DNA of 64,000 nt, taken from contig NW_018404728.1 in NCBI RefSeq assembly GCF_002113885.1, positions 147,539 through 211,538 on the forward strand, in the 5' to 3' direction. The position numbers were made by a program, and so were the translations under genes. This DNA comes from Mizuhopecten yessoensis. Taxonomy: Eukaryota. The notes beneath the pieces are model-generated. The model was not told the DNA's origin. It ran no database searches and saw only the letters and a program-made list of their open reading frames with translations. Shown here piece by piece: positions 39,303 to 52,144 of the stretch (position 1 is its first letter; every line of letters starts with the position of its first letter).

Positions 39303-40801
39303 CTGTTTAATTCATTGCACGTGTTGACACTTGTATATTGTTAACGTACAAACTTTCGCGGTGTAAAAATGTAAGCGTTTTTTCCCGTTGAGCAAATTTG
39401 CAAGTTGATTATAGATCATAGATAAATCTAATATGTAGATTGTATAACTATTTGTCAGCGGGAACATTTCCATAACCCCATCAGTTAAAAGTTTCACAAC
39501 GCGAACATTTTTTTTACAGTAATTTGGCCTTGTTTGTTGACGCTGAGGCTTTTTTTGTTCTTCCTTTGTTTACGCTTTGATGAATGTGTTCGTGTTTATT
39601 GATTTTTTTTTTGTATGTTGTGTTTTTTAGTAGAAGCTGTTTAGTAGTTTTGTCCTTCTTTGTTGATATTGGTGTGTATATTGTGTTTTCACATAGTTCC
39701 TAAACAGGTGTGATAGACTCGTTCTTCAACAAATTCAGTTTGTCTCACAAGCTGATCTTGTTAGACTTCAGTTTGTCACTTAAACGCCTTGAATATATAT
39801 GACATACATGACATTGTTTAACAATACCTTCGATAAATTAAGATTAATTAAACCCAATTAATTATTTTCGTTAAGAATGAACGATGAGAAATAAACATTG
39901 TCTCTATATGTTATTAAAATAATTAATTTATCTTAATTGTTCCTCTATCGTTTTTCCTATTTTAAAACTTTTTCCAATTACTTACATAAATCATAAAGAT
40001 ATGCACAAATGGTGGATAGCATTCATTAAACAAAATATCATAATATAATAAGTATCTTTTTAAATCTAAAGTATTGCCTTATTTAACTTGTTATCTAATT
40101 TAACTCATTAACTGAATAAACACATCTTGATATCCTCCAAATAAAATATATAAAATTTAAACATTTATAAAGTGTTGTTGTTAACAATGGAGAAATTGGA
40201 AATATGTGGACATTGAGCAGTGATCTTGTAACGTATAAAAAAACTTTAAGGTTAGATATAATCTGTAAAAATATAACATATAAATACATCAACAAATTGG
40301 CACAATGATCAGAAATTACATCTGAAATCGATAGATTTGTCTTTCCTGCCCAATACATGTCTGTAACTATGGTAACGCAGCCACACTCACACAAATCACC
40401 CGGAAATCAACAAAGTATCAATCAGTGGATTTGATTGGTTATCACAAATCACGTGGTACGTCAATTATATAAACTATAGAGGTTTCCAGATATTATGTTT
40501 ACTCGGCCGAACACAGACTTCGTCACTGATGGAAGACGATAAACCAGTCAATCAACCAATCAACCAATCAGATTGTTGTTCACTGCTCCAAGATATAATA
40601 TCTGGATTATTTCAAAGGTCCCGGATTTACAATTCAGACAGGCAGTTACGCGGATTCTATGAACACCAATTATTGATGCAGGTCCCGGATGTAGCAGTAC
40701 GGTTATATAACGCTATGCCCGGAAGTTATACGACACGTACTGCTCCAGATCCCCGGATGTGGCAGTAACATACTTTTGCAGGTGCCGGATGTGTGTAGAT
40801 A

Positions 40802-40949
40802 TCACACTGCTCCCGTGTGTTGGACATACTGGTCCAGAGCGCCAGTAGCCTGCATGGCGAATGCTGTAGATATACCACCAGCAAACATGGCCGGGACAGC
40901 AATGAATGATAACCACGCCAGCAGACCCATCCCTGACAACCCGTGACCA
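40802..40949 (-). CDS. YeeE/YedE-like last coding exon
   Basis: Acceptor ttacag|TGGTCAC; GHGLSGMGLLAWLSFIAVPAMFAGGISTAFAMQATGALDQYVQHTGAV*. Confidence 0.9.
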
Positions 40950-43900
40950 CTGTAACCAAGGCAACGAATTAATTAGATTTACAAATATACATGTAAACAT
41001 ATATAAAAACAAGCAAACAAGTTTGACATTAAGGTACTGAGACTTATATTATAGATAACCACATAAATGCTTCTTTATGTACTTCCTCCCTAGAGTCAAG
41101 AAAAGTGCATGGGTACGGAAAACGCGCATGACTAAATGGGAGAGAGGCCGAAATTTACCTTGTACATCCTGCGCCAAGGCGAGCCCCAAACAGGAGCAAG
41201 AAGCCTCCAAAGAACGCCACCGGGAGTTGTGGCCCTTTACTTGTCGTCAGAGTGTCCGAGGCCACGCCGGACAGGCAGGCGCCCAACACCACAAACGACA
41301 CGAAAAACACCTGCAAATGGGAGATAGTCACAACTTTATTTTTTTTGTTATTCTATACATGTTAACATATCAAAAGCTCATCGAGACTATTTTTGTTTCC
41401 ATTTAACAACACACGCCATTTACAACACTCACCTGCCACCAGTTGCCAACACCTGATCTTTTATTCGCCAAATATGGAAATGTCCGGGACAGCTTGTCCG
41501 TTATGACCCATTGGGAAACTATGGTGACGTAACTGCTGCTGCCACCTATCGTGTCCTTGACCACTAACACCAGGGGGAGCTGTAGTAGGCCAACTATGAT
41601 ACCTGTAGAAGATATTGAATACAAATACATTAAATTAAGTGTACTTTACTCCACTATAGGTAACGTCATTAATCTTCATTAAAATGTTATTAACATTTTC
41701 TTAACTAATGACAGTCTGTGAATGAGGCCCAATAGGGTTAATGTGACGAAGATGATAATTGGCTGGCGCGGTGTATAATGCACTCGCCTTTCAGTGTAAA
41801 CTTTGGTTTCCTCCATATCAAAACCCACTGCTACGTACATGTACCATCAGGGTCAACAAGACGGATTGATATGGCCTTTTTATCTTGTTTCATAATTGTT
41901 GTAAAGTCCACACAATATTTATCGTTTTTAGTGTCAGCAGGTCCTTCCCTTAACTATAATAAGTTCTGTCAATTGAAAAAATAAAACAAAACAATATTGA
42001 TTTGAATGTCGATTATGTAATAATTGTAACAAAAGTCATCCAAAATCTAGGATAAACAGTTTATACCACCTTGATCTAAAACCAGTGTCTAGCCATGATT
42101 ATACTATACGTGTTGGTTGATTAAAGTGTAGTTACTTCCCCTTGGCCATATACAAATGTACACATGTACAGCTAGAGCCTGTTCGTTTATCCGGAACAAC
42201 CGTTTTGAAATGTAACATTTTCGGGTATAAATACTGGTGGACCTGCAAAAGTTTATGCAGGCCTTGCAATGCTTTGCCAATGCTTGCCTGAAAGCAACAT
42301 CAGATTATTGGGTCCGACCTTATTTCATAAACGATCAAATCTGGTTTAACCGTTTGGACGGCGATAAACAAAACGGCTCAAGTCTTTTTCACTCTATATT
42401 TATTGTTCATGTGTGAACTGGGATTGACCTTAGAGTTACAAATACAATTATAATGCATTTTGAAAACGGTCATAGAAACAGTTTCATGAAGAGCATTTCA
42501 TGTGAAATTTGATTATGTTGCTGTCCAGTTACTGCAGCGTATGTAAGCTGAAGATAACTATGTTAACAAACGTACTGCTCATTGATTTTAAATATCATAG
42601 AAATCAACTTAGCTTAGCATTTGATTTTTGCTTTAATTGGTAGCATATTTTCTAAATTATGATGACGTCACCAATCAATGACTTTTAATCAGTATGACGT
42701 CAACAATCATACGACGACCTTTCGAGAATTAGTTTAGGTTTTGATCCCTCCTTAAACTTTTGTGATTTTAGCGTGTTTCTTACCTGTGGCGTATGGCGGC
42801 CACGACACAGCAGTGACGATATTGACACCTGCTGGGTTTTCTCTCTGTAACAGAAACGTAAAATGATTATATAACCACGTGATTATATTATATTTGTAAT
42901 TTGACTTTAAATGAGTATTTAACAATTTGAATCAGTCGTCTACGTATCTACTGATTTTTCTACCAGACCGATCACTTTTGTCGGAAAAATTGTAAAATTG
43001 ATAAATAGGCACCTATCAACCCTCTTTTTAATCTCACCGTAATAACATAATAAAACGTTAGGCGAAAAATCAATGACAATATCGAGTTACTGACGATCAA
43101 TTATTTTTGTCGGTAGGTTTATTTGCGCGCATTCGTCATAACTTAATCTGTTACATGAGCCGGTGGTGACAGTGACCAGGATAACCAGATGGTCTGGTGA
43201 TGTGTGCGATATGTATTTGCCGTCAAGTTAAAGTAGACTTCTACAAGCTCAAAAATATGTGCCGTAGTACATGCTTACCCCTATAGAAACGAGGTCCTTG
43301 TTCCACGGCCAAAACCATTCTATCAGGACCACGATCACCGTCATTAGCAGAGCCATGGGGAGGGCCAGGGCAACATACGGTTTGTCTAGTGATGTGTGCA
43401 CACTGAAACACGTGACGGGTCATGTGTATTTAATAGGATTTAATAGGATATTAGTGGACGCAGGCATTGCTGCCTCTATATCAACATCAATATAGTTTGA
43501 AATACATTGTGGAAAACATAAAATAAGCCTTTATATAAGGCGCTGTATCCAGAATTCGTCCAAGTTTTGCTTGAAGTCAAATACGTTACTAGATGAAAGA
43601 TGTAGAAAAATTAAACTGCAATCAACCATCAGAACAGATCTTATGATTGAAAATATTAAGCAGCTGAAATAACACGGCCAATATATCATTTTTATGGTTT
43701 TGCCTCACCTATCCTTGAAGGGAGATATATATGTAAATTCTTAATGAGACTATACAACTAATTCCGATATATTTATACAATGTATCATAACAAAGGATTA
43801 AATGTCCATGTGAAGTAAGTAAATATAGAAAAAATAAGATCTAACAAACGACTAAAAAACTAGCTGCTTTCTCCCTTTGCAGGGCACTTCAGGTTTATTG

Positions 43901-46654
43901 TTTATCACAATGTATTATATTTATTGCCCATTTCACGGGATTATTCTAAAGTAACACAGCTCAGACTGAATGTAATAAAGGATTCTGTATATCACACTGA
44001 ACGTACTGTGTCCATGTGTAAGCAGTCTTTGGCTTGGTCAGTCTGGAGAGAAATGGGTCAAGCAGGCCGTAGGATAATGCGCCGAGGAAGACTCCAAGTA
44101 GACTGAAAACTGACCATGCAAGAGGTTCGTTAGTGGCATTTGTATGTTTGTTAATAAAACAGACCTTAAACATTCGTCAGTAACATTTACAATAGAAATA
44201 ATTACAAATGTGCTTATATTATTGTTAGAACTATACACAGAATTTGGATATTACTAATTTTAAAAATAATACTAAAACAAATCTTCGGAATGATAAAAGA
44301 AAAAGAAACAGCGAATACTTGTTTTCGTAAGCTTCTCCAATATGCAGAGTAGTGTATCACAATGTTGAATTGTACATTTGTTTCATGTGAGAACCTCTTC
44401 ATTTTGAATTTTATCAAATCACATTTTCGTAGATTTATGCAGATGTTATCACGCGGTCAAGGTTGTCAGCTATGAAACATATACTTACTTGCATTAGGGA
44501 CCCAAGCACCTATCTGTGCTAGTATCATACCGGGACACTGCAGTGTGAAACATAGCGCATGTAAGATATAACATTTTTATATTACAGCACATACTCTTTT
44601 ATTATAGAAAAAAATAACGTATTCACATTAAAAAATATAATCTTTCATTATAAAATTCAACGTATTCAATACAAACATGTAACATCAACGAGGACGTAAA
44701 ACACATTATTAAATGGCTTTTACTCAATCATGTAATATAACATAACGACATAATAAATCATAACATATTCTCATTATAAAGTGTGATTTATTCCCATTGT
44801 AAAATATTATATACTCGAACGATTACGTTTAACAATGGTACTTGTAAACGTTTTAAGCAGAATATGACAAGCGTTATCCATTGTCCCCAACTCTATGGAC
44901 ATTCACTGTGGCTTTCTGCAACTATCTCAACACAGAGAGTGAGATAATATTACTCCCCGCTACAGATAAACGAGTGTGATATTCTATTACTCAATTCTAC
45001 AGATAAACGAGCGTGATATTCTATTACTCAATTCTACAGATAAACGAATGTGAGATTCTATTACTAAGTGAGTGCGAGATGATATTACTCACTCCTACAA
45101 GTAAACGAGTGTTAGATCATATTACTCAATGCTACTGAAAAACGAGTGTGATATTTTATTACTCAATGCTACATATAAGCGAGTGTGAGATCATATTACT
45201 CAATGCTACTGAAAAACGAGTGTGATATTTTATTACTCACTCCTACAGATAAACGAGTGTGATATTTTGTTACTCAATGCTACAGATACGCGAGTGTGAT
45301 ATTCTATTACTCAATGCTACAGATAAACGAGTGTGAGATTCTATTACTCAATGCTACAGATAAACGAGTGTGAGATTCTATTACTCAATGCCACATATAA
45401 TCAAGTGTGATATTATGTTACTCGGTGATACATACATTGCTATTAATCATCGTTTCAAAGATTAAATATGATTTGATGATAATCATCGCTCTAGACAAAA
45501 TAGTATGAGATTATGTTACCCAACGCTCCAGTTATAAGAGTTTGAGATTCTATTACTCACCGATCCTGCCATGGTCATCCCGATTCCCAGGATTATGGGG
45601 CCGAGGATACTGGTGAGGATCCCCTTTTCTCGTAAGCAGGATATGAAGTCGTGTATAGCGTCGTCAAAATAAGGCCTGGTCTTAGGAATGGCCGCCAACA
45701 CAACGAAACAGAGCTGGCCTGGAAAGGGAGGTAACTCTTTGTAAAGGATATATTAGTATACTACCTGTTTCTTTTATTTTCATAAAACGAACTCTTTAAT
45801 AACTAAGGTATCAGGTTTACTGTATACATAGCTACCAGGAAGCACTTAACATTATTACTATTTATAGTTTTCCATAACGAAATGGTAAAATAATTTATTC
45901 GGATTGGCACATACGAATAATAAATATGTATTTTTAATCTTGATTTTTTTTTATTGATGGTTAAACATTTTTAATTAAACATTTCCGAAAATTTTAGTTA
46001 CTGAAAATTACACAAAATGTGGACAAAATGTTTGTTCATATAAACAATAGATTGTATAAGTGTCGTTTTTAAATGAACACATAGAACTGTAGTATGTTCT
46101 ATGTTTCCATATGGAGAATAGTCACAATCATTGTAGCATTGTTTAAGGGGAGGTAAGTCGCATGCAACCCAAACTCCTGTCGAGAATACTTATCTAAGGT
46201 GAGATTAATCGCCTGTCGACCAGTTAGCTAGTCAGAGAGAAAAAAAATAACATACATTTGTTTTAAATGAGAGACAAAGGTATGGAGGGGGCTTAATTAC
46301 AGGCACCCACCCTGTTCCAAGGACGCTTGCCAAAGTGGAGAGACAGCTTATTTGCGAGAAGGGACTTATTGGCGGTTAATTACGGTAATATCATGTCGAT
46401 AATTGACTTTACGCGAATAGATCGTTTTCAGGGATTTTTAAAAGTAAATCAATTATCTGTGAACCCTTTAAAAAAGGGGAGGGGGTAATAAACCGCTTGT
46501 AGATTTATCTAATATACTCATAATTGTGTAAAGAATTACCTAAAAGAATATTTAAGGTATTCAGACTTACCCGAGGCGACTGCTGCCAAAAACACCTTCA
46601 GCATGATGAAGTTTTCAAACACCATCTGTTGCCGTATCACTACTGGCTCAAAAA
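40802..46654 (-). CDS. YeeE/YedE-family (TsuA-like) sulfur-compound membrane transporter, spliced gene, 5'-incomplete. Exons 46571-46654, 45561-45718, 44489-44537, 44007-44109, 43279-43402, 42784-42844, 41433-41602, 41159-41310, 40802-40949.
   Basis: Spliced ~349 aa with no internal stop: VFEPVVIRQQMVFENFIMLKVFLAAVASG...ILGIGMTMAGSCPGMILAQIG...SWPPYATGIIVGLLQ...TIGGSSSY...WWQVFFV...FFGGFLLLFGARLGAGCTSGHGLSGMGLL...AMFAGGI. The two pseudo-symmetric G-x-GM-x-x-AG-x-C-PG and FGAR-x-x-x-GCTSGHG signatures are diagnostic of the family. All 8 introns are GT-AG and phase-consistent. Confidence 0.92.
41159..41310 (-). CDS. YeeE/YedE-like exon
   Basis: Acceptor ttgcag|GTG; VFFVSFVVLGACLSGVASDTLTTSKGPQLPVAFFGGFLLLFGARLGAGCTS; donor AAG|gtaaat. 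Confidence 0.9.
41433..41602 (-). CDS. YeeE/YedE-like exon
   Basis: Acceptor ctacag|GTATC; GIIVGLLQLPLVLVVKDTIGGSSSYVTIVSQW...GNWWQ; donor CAG|gtgagt. Confidence 0.9.
42784..42844 (-). CDS. YeeE/YedE-like exon
   Basis: Acceptor ttacag|AGAG; RENPAGVNIVTAVSWPPYAT; donor CAG|gtaaga. Confidence 0.85.
43279..43402 (-). CDS. YeeE/YedE-like exon
   Basis: Acceptor tttcag|TGTG; VHTSLDKPYVALALPMALLMTVIVVLIEWFWPWNKDLVSIG; donor GGG|gtaagc. Confidence 0.87.
44007..44109 (-). CDS. YeeE/YedE-like exon
   Basis: Acceptor ggtcag|TTTTC; FSLLGVFLGALSYGLLDPFLSRLTKPKTAYTWT; donor CA|gtacgt. Confidence 0.85.
44489..44537 (-). CDS. YeeE/YedE-like exon (49 nt, carries the conserved Cys)
   Basis: Acceptor ctgcag|TGTCCC; CPGMILAQIGAWVPNA; donor AA|gtaagt. 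Confidence 0.9.
44935..45423. repeat. 37-bp minisatellite, ~13 copies, intronic in the YeeE-like gene
   Basis: Unit TACAGATAAACGAGTGTGATATTCTATTACTCAATGC. Confidence 0.92.
45561..45718 (-). CDS. YeeE/YedE-like exon
   Basis: Acceptor ttccag|GCCAG; QLCFVVLAAIPKTRPYF...ILGPIILGIGMTMAGS; donor TCG|gtgagt. Confidence 0.9.
46571..46654 (-). CDS. YeeE/YedE-like exon (most 5' exon identified)
   Basis: Acceptor ttacag|TTTTTG; FEPVVIRQQMVFENFIMLKVFLAAVAS; donor CGG|gtaagt. Confidence 0.88.
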
Positions 46655-46990
46655 CTGTAATGATAAAATAGCAAATACCGTAAGTTAAACACATGGGGAA
46701 GACCGAAAGTCCTTTGAATAGACTGGTTGAAGGAGTATATAAATTAAAACCAATAACATTTTGAACTGAGAGAAAGTTCAAAACTGAATTCAAAATGTAG
46801 AAAACCCGTTAAATTAAAAACTTGTTAAACTACTCATTCTGTTTAATTTCTAATACAATATTTTTCTAGTGTATATCATCGGCATAGAATAAACAGAAAA
46901 ATGGATGTTGTTATAATGTTTACAATAAAACAGGGTGCCTCCAACATGAAATGCCATTAACGCCCTCAAAATACACCAGGGGATATTTTC

Positions 46991-47210
46991 AGGGTGGCTT
47001 CAGGGCAAGTGCAGCGGATAGTGGGTTCGATACCCCGATCGGACGTGAAAAGGCATGTGGTCACCTGCCCGACCGCGTGGGTTTTCTACGAGTACTCCGG
47101 TTTCCTCCTACATTAAAACCACCCGCGCTAACATCCGGGCCAACAAGAGGGATACATATAATTAGAAATAACTTGTTTCATAATTGTTGTAAAACAAATA
47201 AAGTTTATTA
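46991..47210 (+). mobile_element. tRNA-derived SINE (same family as 4230-4472)
   Basis: GGTTCGATACCCCGATCGGACGTGAAAAG...GGGTTTTCTACGAGTACTCCGGTTTCCTCC...TGTTTCATAATTGTTGTAAAA-AATAAAGTTTATT. Confidence 0.8.
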
Positions 47211-48427
47211 TATTAATGTCAAAGAGAATGGACCAATTCGCAAAACCTGTTTGCAAACACGTAAACCTGAATTTGGGATTTATTTGTCGTAAGCAACTTA
47301 CACATTGTTGCATATAATATATTCTCCTTTTTTATTTGAATTTAATGTAAGGTATCGAAATGGCCTACACTGACAGCTAACATTGGCATTGAGACTGCAA
47401 TGCAGGTTCTTAAACAATCCTACCTCTCCTTTTCTATAGATCTACTCAATGGCTATTTGTACCGATATTGTATGATACTATATAAATACATGTGTCTATG
47501 TGTTTGCATTATGTAATGTATGTATTGTATACCAATGTAAATATTCGAAATATAAAAAATGAAAACACGGATCTCCGACGTACACACCGCCACTGGGACG
47601 TTCACCAATGGTAGAGATATGTCGCCCTGCTGTAAGACGAACTATATAGGTCAGTCTGGGTAATGTACCCACGGATACACTGTACCCGGGCCGGTGGTTT
47701 AAAGATAGCACAGCTTAACATCAGTGATGGAAGTAATCTTAAATCATTGAAACATACTAAAATTAATTACAAACACTACACGTACAGAGTGATATCCATT
47801 AATAATAGCTAATGAAAGGATGATTGAACAATTTGAAGGAATTTCTGAAATGTCATTTCGACATTTTGAGTTAACGATGTGTGTTAAGCTAATTTAGATC
47901 TGAACGACAAGGCCCATATCTCAGACATTTAAATCCTAAATTCATTTAAATCAATAACATCTTACCCCGTATAACATTTTCAGTTTGTTCTATTATGCAT
48001 TTATAGACATCGCTTACCTACATGTAAATATAATTCCTTTTATACTACCGTTTAATATGTCTCATAAATATAAGATATATGTAGATGGCATTATGCAAGG
48101 TCGTGATATGTTTTTTAGTCTGTCGTATAATCATGTCACGGTCTTATTCTCGCCGAGATAAACATTGTCGTCTGACGGAAAAGCATGTCGCGACCTTAGT
48201 CTGGCCATTTGTCTGTTTGTTTTGCGTCTTATTAACAGTAATGGTCATTGATGGACGTGCCAGGTTTTGGTGGTGGAGGAAAGCTGGAGTTCCCGAAGAA
48301 ACACCACCGACCGAAATGCTGGACAACAATAACAAATTTTACAATGTAGATGACAAAGAAACGTATGAGATCAAAACACATTCACTAACCATAGACCGGA
48401 TACATGTTATGGTAGCGTTTGGAGACA

Positions 48428-50942
48428 TTCACAGTAGGTGTTATGTTAGACTTTAGCTGTGGTATCTGTCTGGGGTAAAGCTATGTAGTGGAGTGACTGA
48501 CAAACACTGTAGTATCTGTCTGGGGTAAAGCTATGTAGTCGAGTCACTGACAAACACAGTAGATGTAATGTTAGACTTTAGCTGTGGTATCTGTCTGGGG
48601 TAAAGTTATGTAGTGGAGTCACTGACAAACACTGTAGTATCTGTCTGGGGTAAAGCTATGTAGTCGTGTCATTGACAAACCCAGTAGGTATAATGTTATA
48701 CTTTAGCTGTGGTATCTGTCTGGGGTAATGCTATGTAGTCGTGTCAAACACAGTAGGTGTGATGTTAGACTTTAGCTGTAGTATCTGTCTGGGGTAAAGC
48801 TATGTAGTCGAGTCATTGACAAACACAGTAGGTATAATGGTATACTTTAGTTGTGGTATCTGTCTGGGGTAAAGCTATGTAGTCGTGTCACTGACAAACA
48901 CAGTAGGTGTTATGTTATACTTAAGCTGTGGTATATGTCTGGGGTAAAGCTATGTAGTCGAGTTACTGACAAACACAGTAGGTATACTGTTAGACTTTAG
49001 CTGTGGTATCTGTCTGGGGTAAAGCTATGTAGTCGAGTCATTGACAAACACAGTAGATGTAATGTTAGACTTTAGATGTCGTATCTGTCTGGGGTAAAGC
49101 TATGTAGCCGAGTCACTGACAAACACAGTAGGTATAATGTTTGACTTTAGCTGTAGTATCTGTCTGGGGTAACGCTATGTAGTCAAGTCACTGACAAACA
49201 CAGTAGATGTAATGTTAGACTTTAGCTGTGGTATCTGTCTGGGGTAAAGCTATGTAGTCGAGTCATTGACAAACACAGCAGATGTAATGTTAGACTTTAG
49301 ATGTCGTATCTGTATGGGGTAAAGCTATGTAGTCGAGTCACTGACAAATACAGTAGATGTAATGTTAGACTTTAGCTGTAGTATCTGTCTGGCGTAAAGC
49401 TATGTAGTCGTGTCATTGACAAACACAGTAGATGTAATGTTAGACATAAGATGTCGTATCTGTCTGGGGTAAAGCTATGTAGTCGATTCACTGACAAACA
49501 CAGTAGGTATAATGTTTGACTTTAGCTGTAGTATCTGTCTGGGGTAAAGCTATGTAGTCGAGTCATTGACAAACACAGTAGGTATAATGTTAGACTTTAG
49601 ATGTCGTATCTGTCTGGGGTAAAGCTATGTAGTCGAGTCACTGACAAACACAGTAGATGTAATGTTATACTTTACCTGTAGTATCTGTCTGTGGGTAAAG
49701 CTATGTAGTCACTGTTAAACACAGTAGGTGTAATGTTAGACTTTAGCTGTGGTATCTGTCTCGGGTAAAGCTATGTAGTCGTGTCACTGACAAACACAGT
49801 AGTATCTGTCTGGGGTAAAGCTATGTAGTGGAGTCACTGACAAACACTGTAGTATCTGTCTGGGGTAAAGCTATGTAGTCGTGTCATTGACAAACACAGT
49901 AGATGTAATGTTAGACTATAGCTGTGGTATCTGTCTGTGGTAAAGCTATGCAGTCGAGTTACTGACAAACACAATAGGTATAATGTTATACTATAGCTGT
50001 AGTATCTGTCTGGGGTAAAGCTATGTAGTCGTGTCATTGACAAACACAGTAGATGTAATGTTAGACTATAGCTGTGGTATCTGTCTGTGGTAAAGCTATG
50101 CAGTCGAGTTACTGACAAACACAATAGGTATAATGTTATACTATAGCTGTAGTATCTGTCTGGGGTAAAGCTATGTAGTCGTGTCATTGACAAACACAGT
50201 AGATGTAATGTTAGACTATAGCTGTGGTATCTGTCTGTGGTAAAGCTATGTAGTCGAGTTACTGACAAACACAGTAGGTATAATGGTATACTATAGCTGT
50301 AGTATCTGTCTGGGGTAATGCTATGTAGTCGAGTTACTGACAAACACAGTAGGTATAATGTTATACTATAGCTGTAGTATCTGTCTGGGGTAATGCTATG
50401 TAGTCGAGTTACTGACAAACACAGTAGGTATAATGGTATACTATAGCTGTAGTATCTGTCTGGGGTAATGCTATGTAGTCGAGTTACTGACACACACAGT
50501 AGGTATACTGTTATACTTTAGCTGTAGTATCTGTCTGGGGTAAAGCTATGTAGTCGAGTCATTGACAAGCACAGTAGGTATAATGTTAGACTTTAGATGT
50601 CGTATCTGTATGGGGTAAAGCTATGTAGTCGAGTCACTGACAAACACAGTAGATGTAATGTTATACTTTAGCTGTGGTATCTGGGGTAAGGCTATGTAGT
50701 CGAGTCATTGACAAACACAGTAGATGTAATGTTATACTTTAGCTGTGGTATCTGGGGTAAAGCTATGTAGTCGAGTCATTGACAAACACAGTAGATGTAA
50801 TGTTATACTTTAGCTGTAGTATCTGTCTGTGGGTAAAGCTATGTAGTCACTGTTAAACACAGTAGGTGTAATGTTAGACTTTAGCTGTGGTATCTGTCTC
50901 GGGTAAAGCTATGTAGTCGTGTCACTGACAAACATAGTAGGT
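48428..50942. repeat. 75-bp minisatellite (with 50-bp truncated variants), ~33 copies
   Basis: Unit GTATCTGTCTGGGGTAAAGCTATGTAGTCGAGTCACTGACAAACACAGTAGGTATAATGTTAGACTTTAGCTGTG. Confidence 0.97.
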
Positions 50943-51364
50943 ACATCAACAGCAATAACGAAGGAAAAAGTGTTTAATGGAAAAGGAACATGAATAGATA
51001 TCCTAGGCATAACAAGGATGCAGCACAATGATCCAGAGGCAAGTATCAGATGATTTTCAAATTTTATTGGGAAGGGGGAGGGATTTTCAAATCGGAACAA
51101 AAGGAGAAAATACATGATATTCAATGATAATTCCAAGACTGAAGCATTGTTCTGAAGCCCTGAAAACCATATGGCTCCGCCACAGCAGCAGCTAAAATAA
51201 AATATGTTTGATATTCACAGAAAATGGACTAAGACACTCGATTTGACAGGAAAGCCTCTTTAACAGTTGCCCTGGTCTATTACGCAGGGGGAAAGTCGGG
51301 CAACATCCCCCTCGAAACAAATGGGTTAAACCTAAAGAAATCCATCGTTCCGTAATATACACAT

Positions 51365-52144
51365 CATACATTGCCATCGTCTATGTAAACAACCATACAT
51401 TGCCATCGTCTATGTTAACAACCATACATGTCCATCTTCTATGGAAACAACCATACATTGCCATAGTCTATGTAAACAACCATACATGTCCATCTTCTAT
51501 GGAAACAACCATACATTGCCATAGTCTATGTAAACAACCATACAATGCCATCGTCTATGTTAACAACCATACAATGCCATCGTCTATGTAAACAACCATA
51601 CAATGCCATCGTCTATGTTAACAACCATACATGTCCATCTTCTATGGAAACAACCATACATTGCCATAGTCTATGTAAACAACCATACATTGCCATCGTC
51701 TATGTAAACAACCATACATTGCCATCGTCTATGTAAACAACCATACATTGCCATCGTCTATGTTAACAACCATACATTGCCATCGTCTATGTTAACAACC
51801 ATACATTGCCATCTTCTATGTTAACAACCATGCAATGCCATCTTCTATGTAAACAACTATACAATGCCATAGTCTATGTTAACAACCTTACAATGCCAAA
51901 GTCTATGTTAACAACCATACAATGCCATCGTCTATGTTAACAACCATACATTGCCATAGTCTATGTAAACAACCATACATTGCCATCGTCTATGTAAACA
52001 ACCATACATTGCCATCTTCTATGTTAACAACCATGCAATGCCATCTTCTATGTTAACAACCTTACAATGCCAAAGTCTATGTTAACAACCATACAATGCC
52101 ATCGTCTATGTAAACAACCATACATTGCCATCGTCTATGTTAAC
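51365..52144. repeat. 29-bp minisatellite, ~27 copies
   Basis: Unit CATACATTGCCATCGTCTATGTAAACAAC. Confidence 0.96.

Noticed and set aside
40802-46654. Bacterial contamination or recent HGT as the source of the YeeE-like sequence
   Set aside because: Eight spliceosomal introns, one containing a minisatellite, within continuous host-like sequence.
46655-46793. N-terminal extension of ORF 46536..46793 as the YeeE-like start
   Set aside because: It begins at a non-ATG codon, is AT-rich, lacks the expected Gly-rich TM1 pattern, and a good acceptor (ttacag) sits right before FEP.
49834-50493. 219-aa ORF
   Set aside because: Translation of the 75-bp minisatellite.
51100-51330. Possible two small minus-strand exons (FNPFVSRGMLPDFPPA / CCCGGAIW...)
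   Set aside because: Weak donor, no recognisable homology and no linkable neighbouring exons; insufficient support.
20119-52144. 29-43-bp repeat arrays as CRISPR candidates
   Set aside because: Units are head-to-tail with no unique spacers, there are no cas genes, and the context is eukaryotic.
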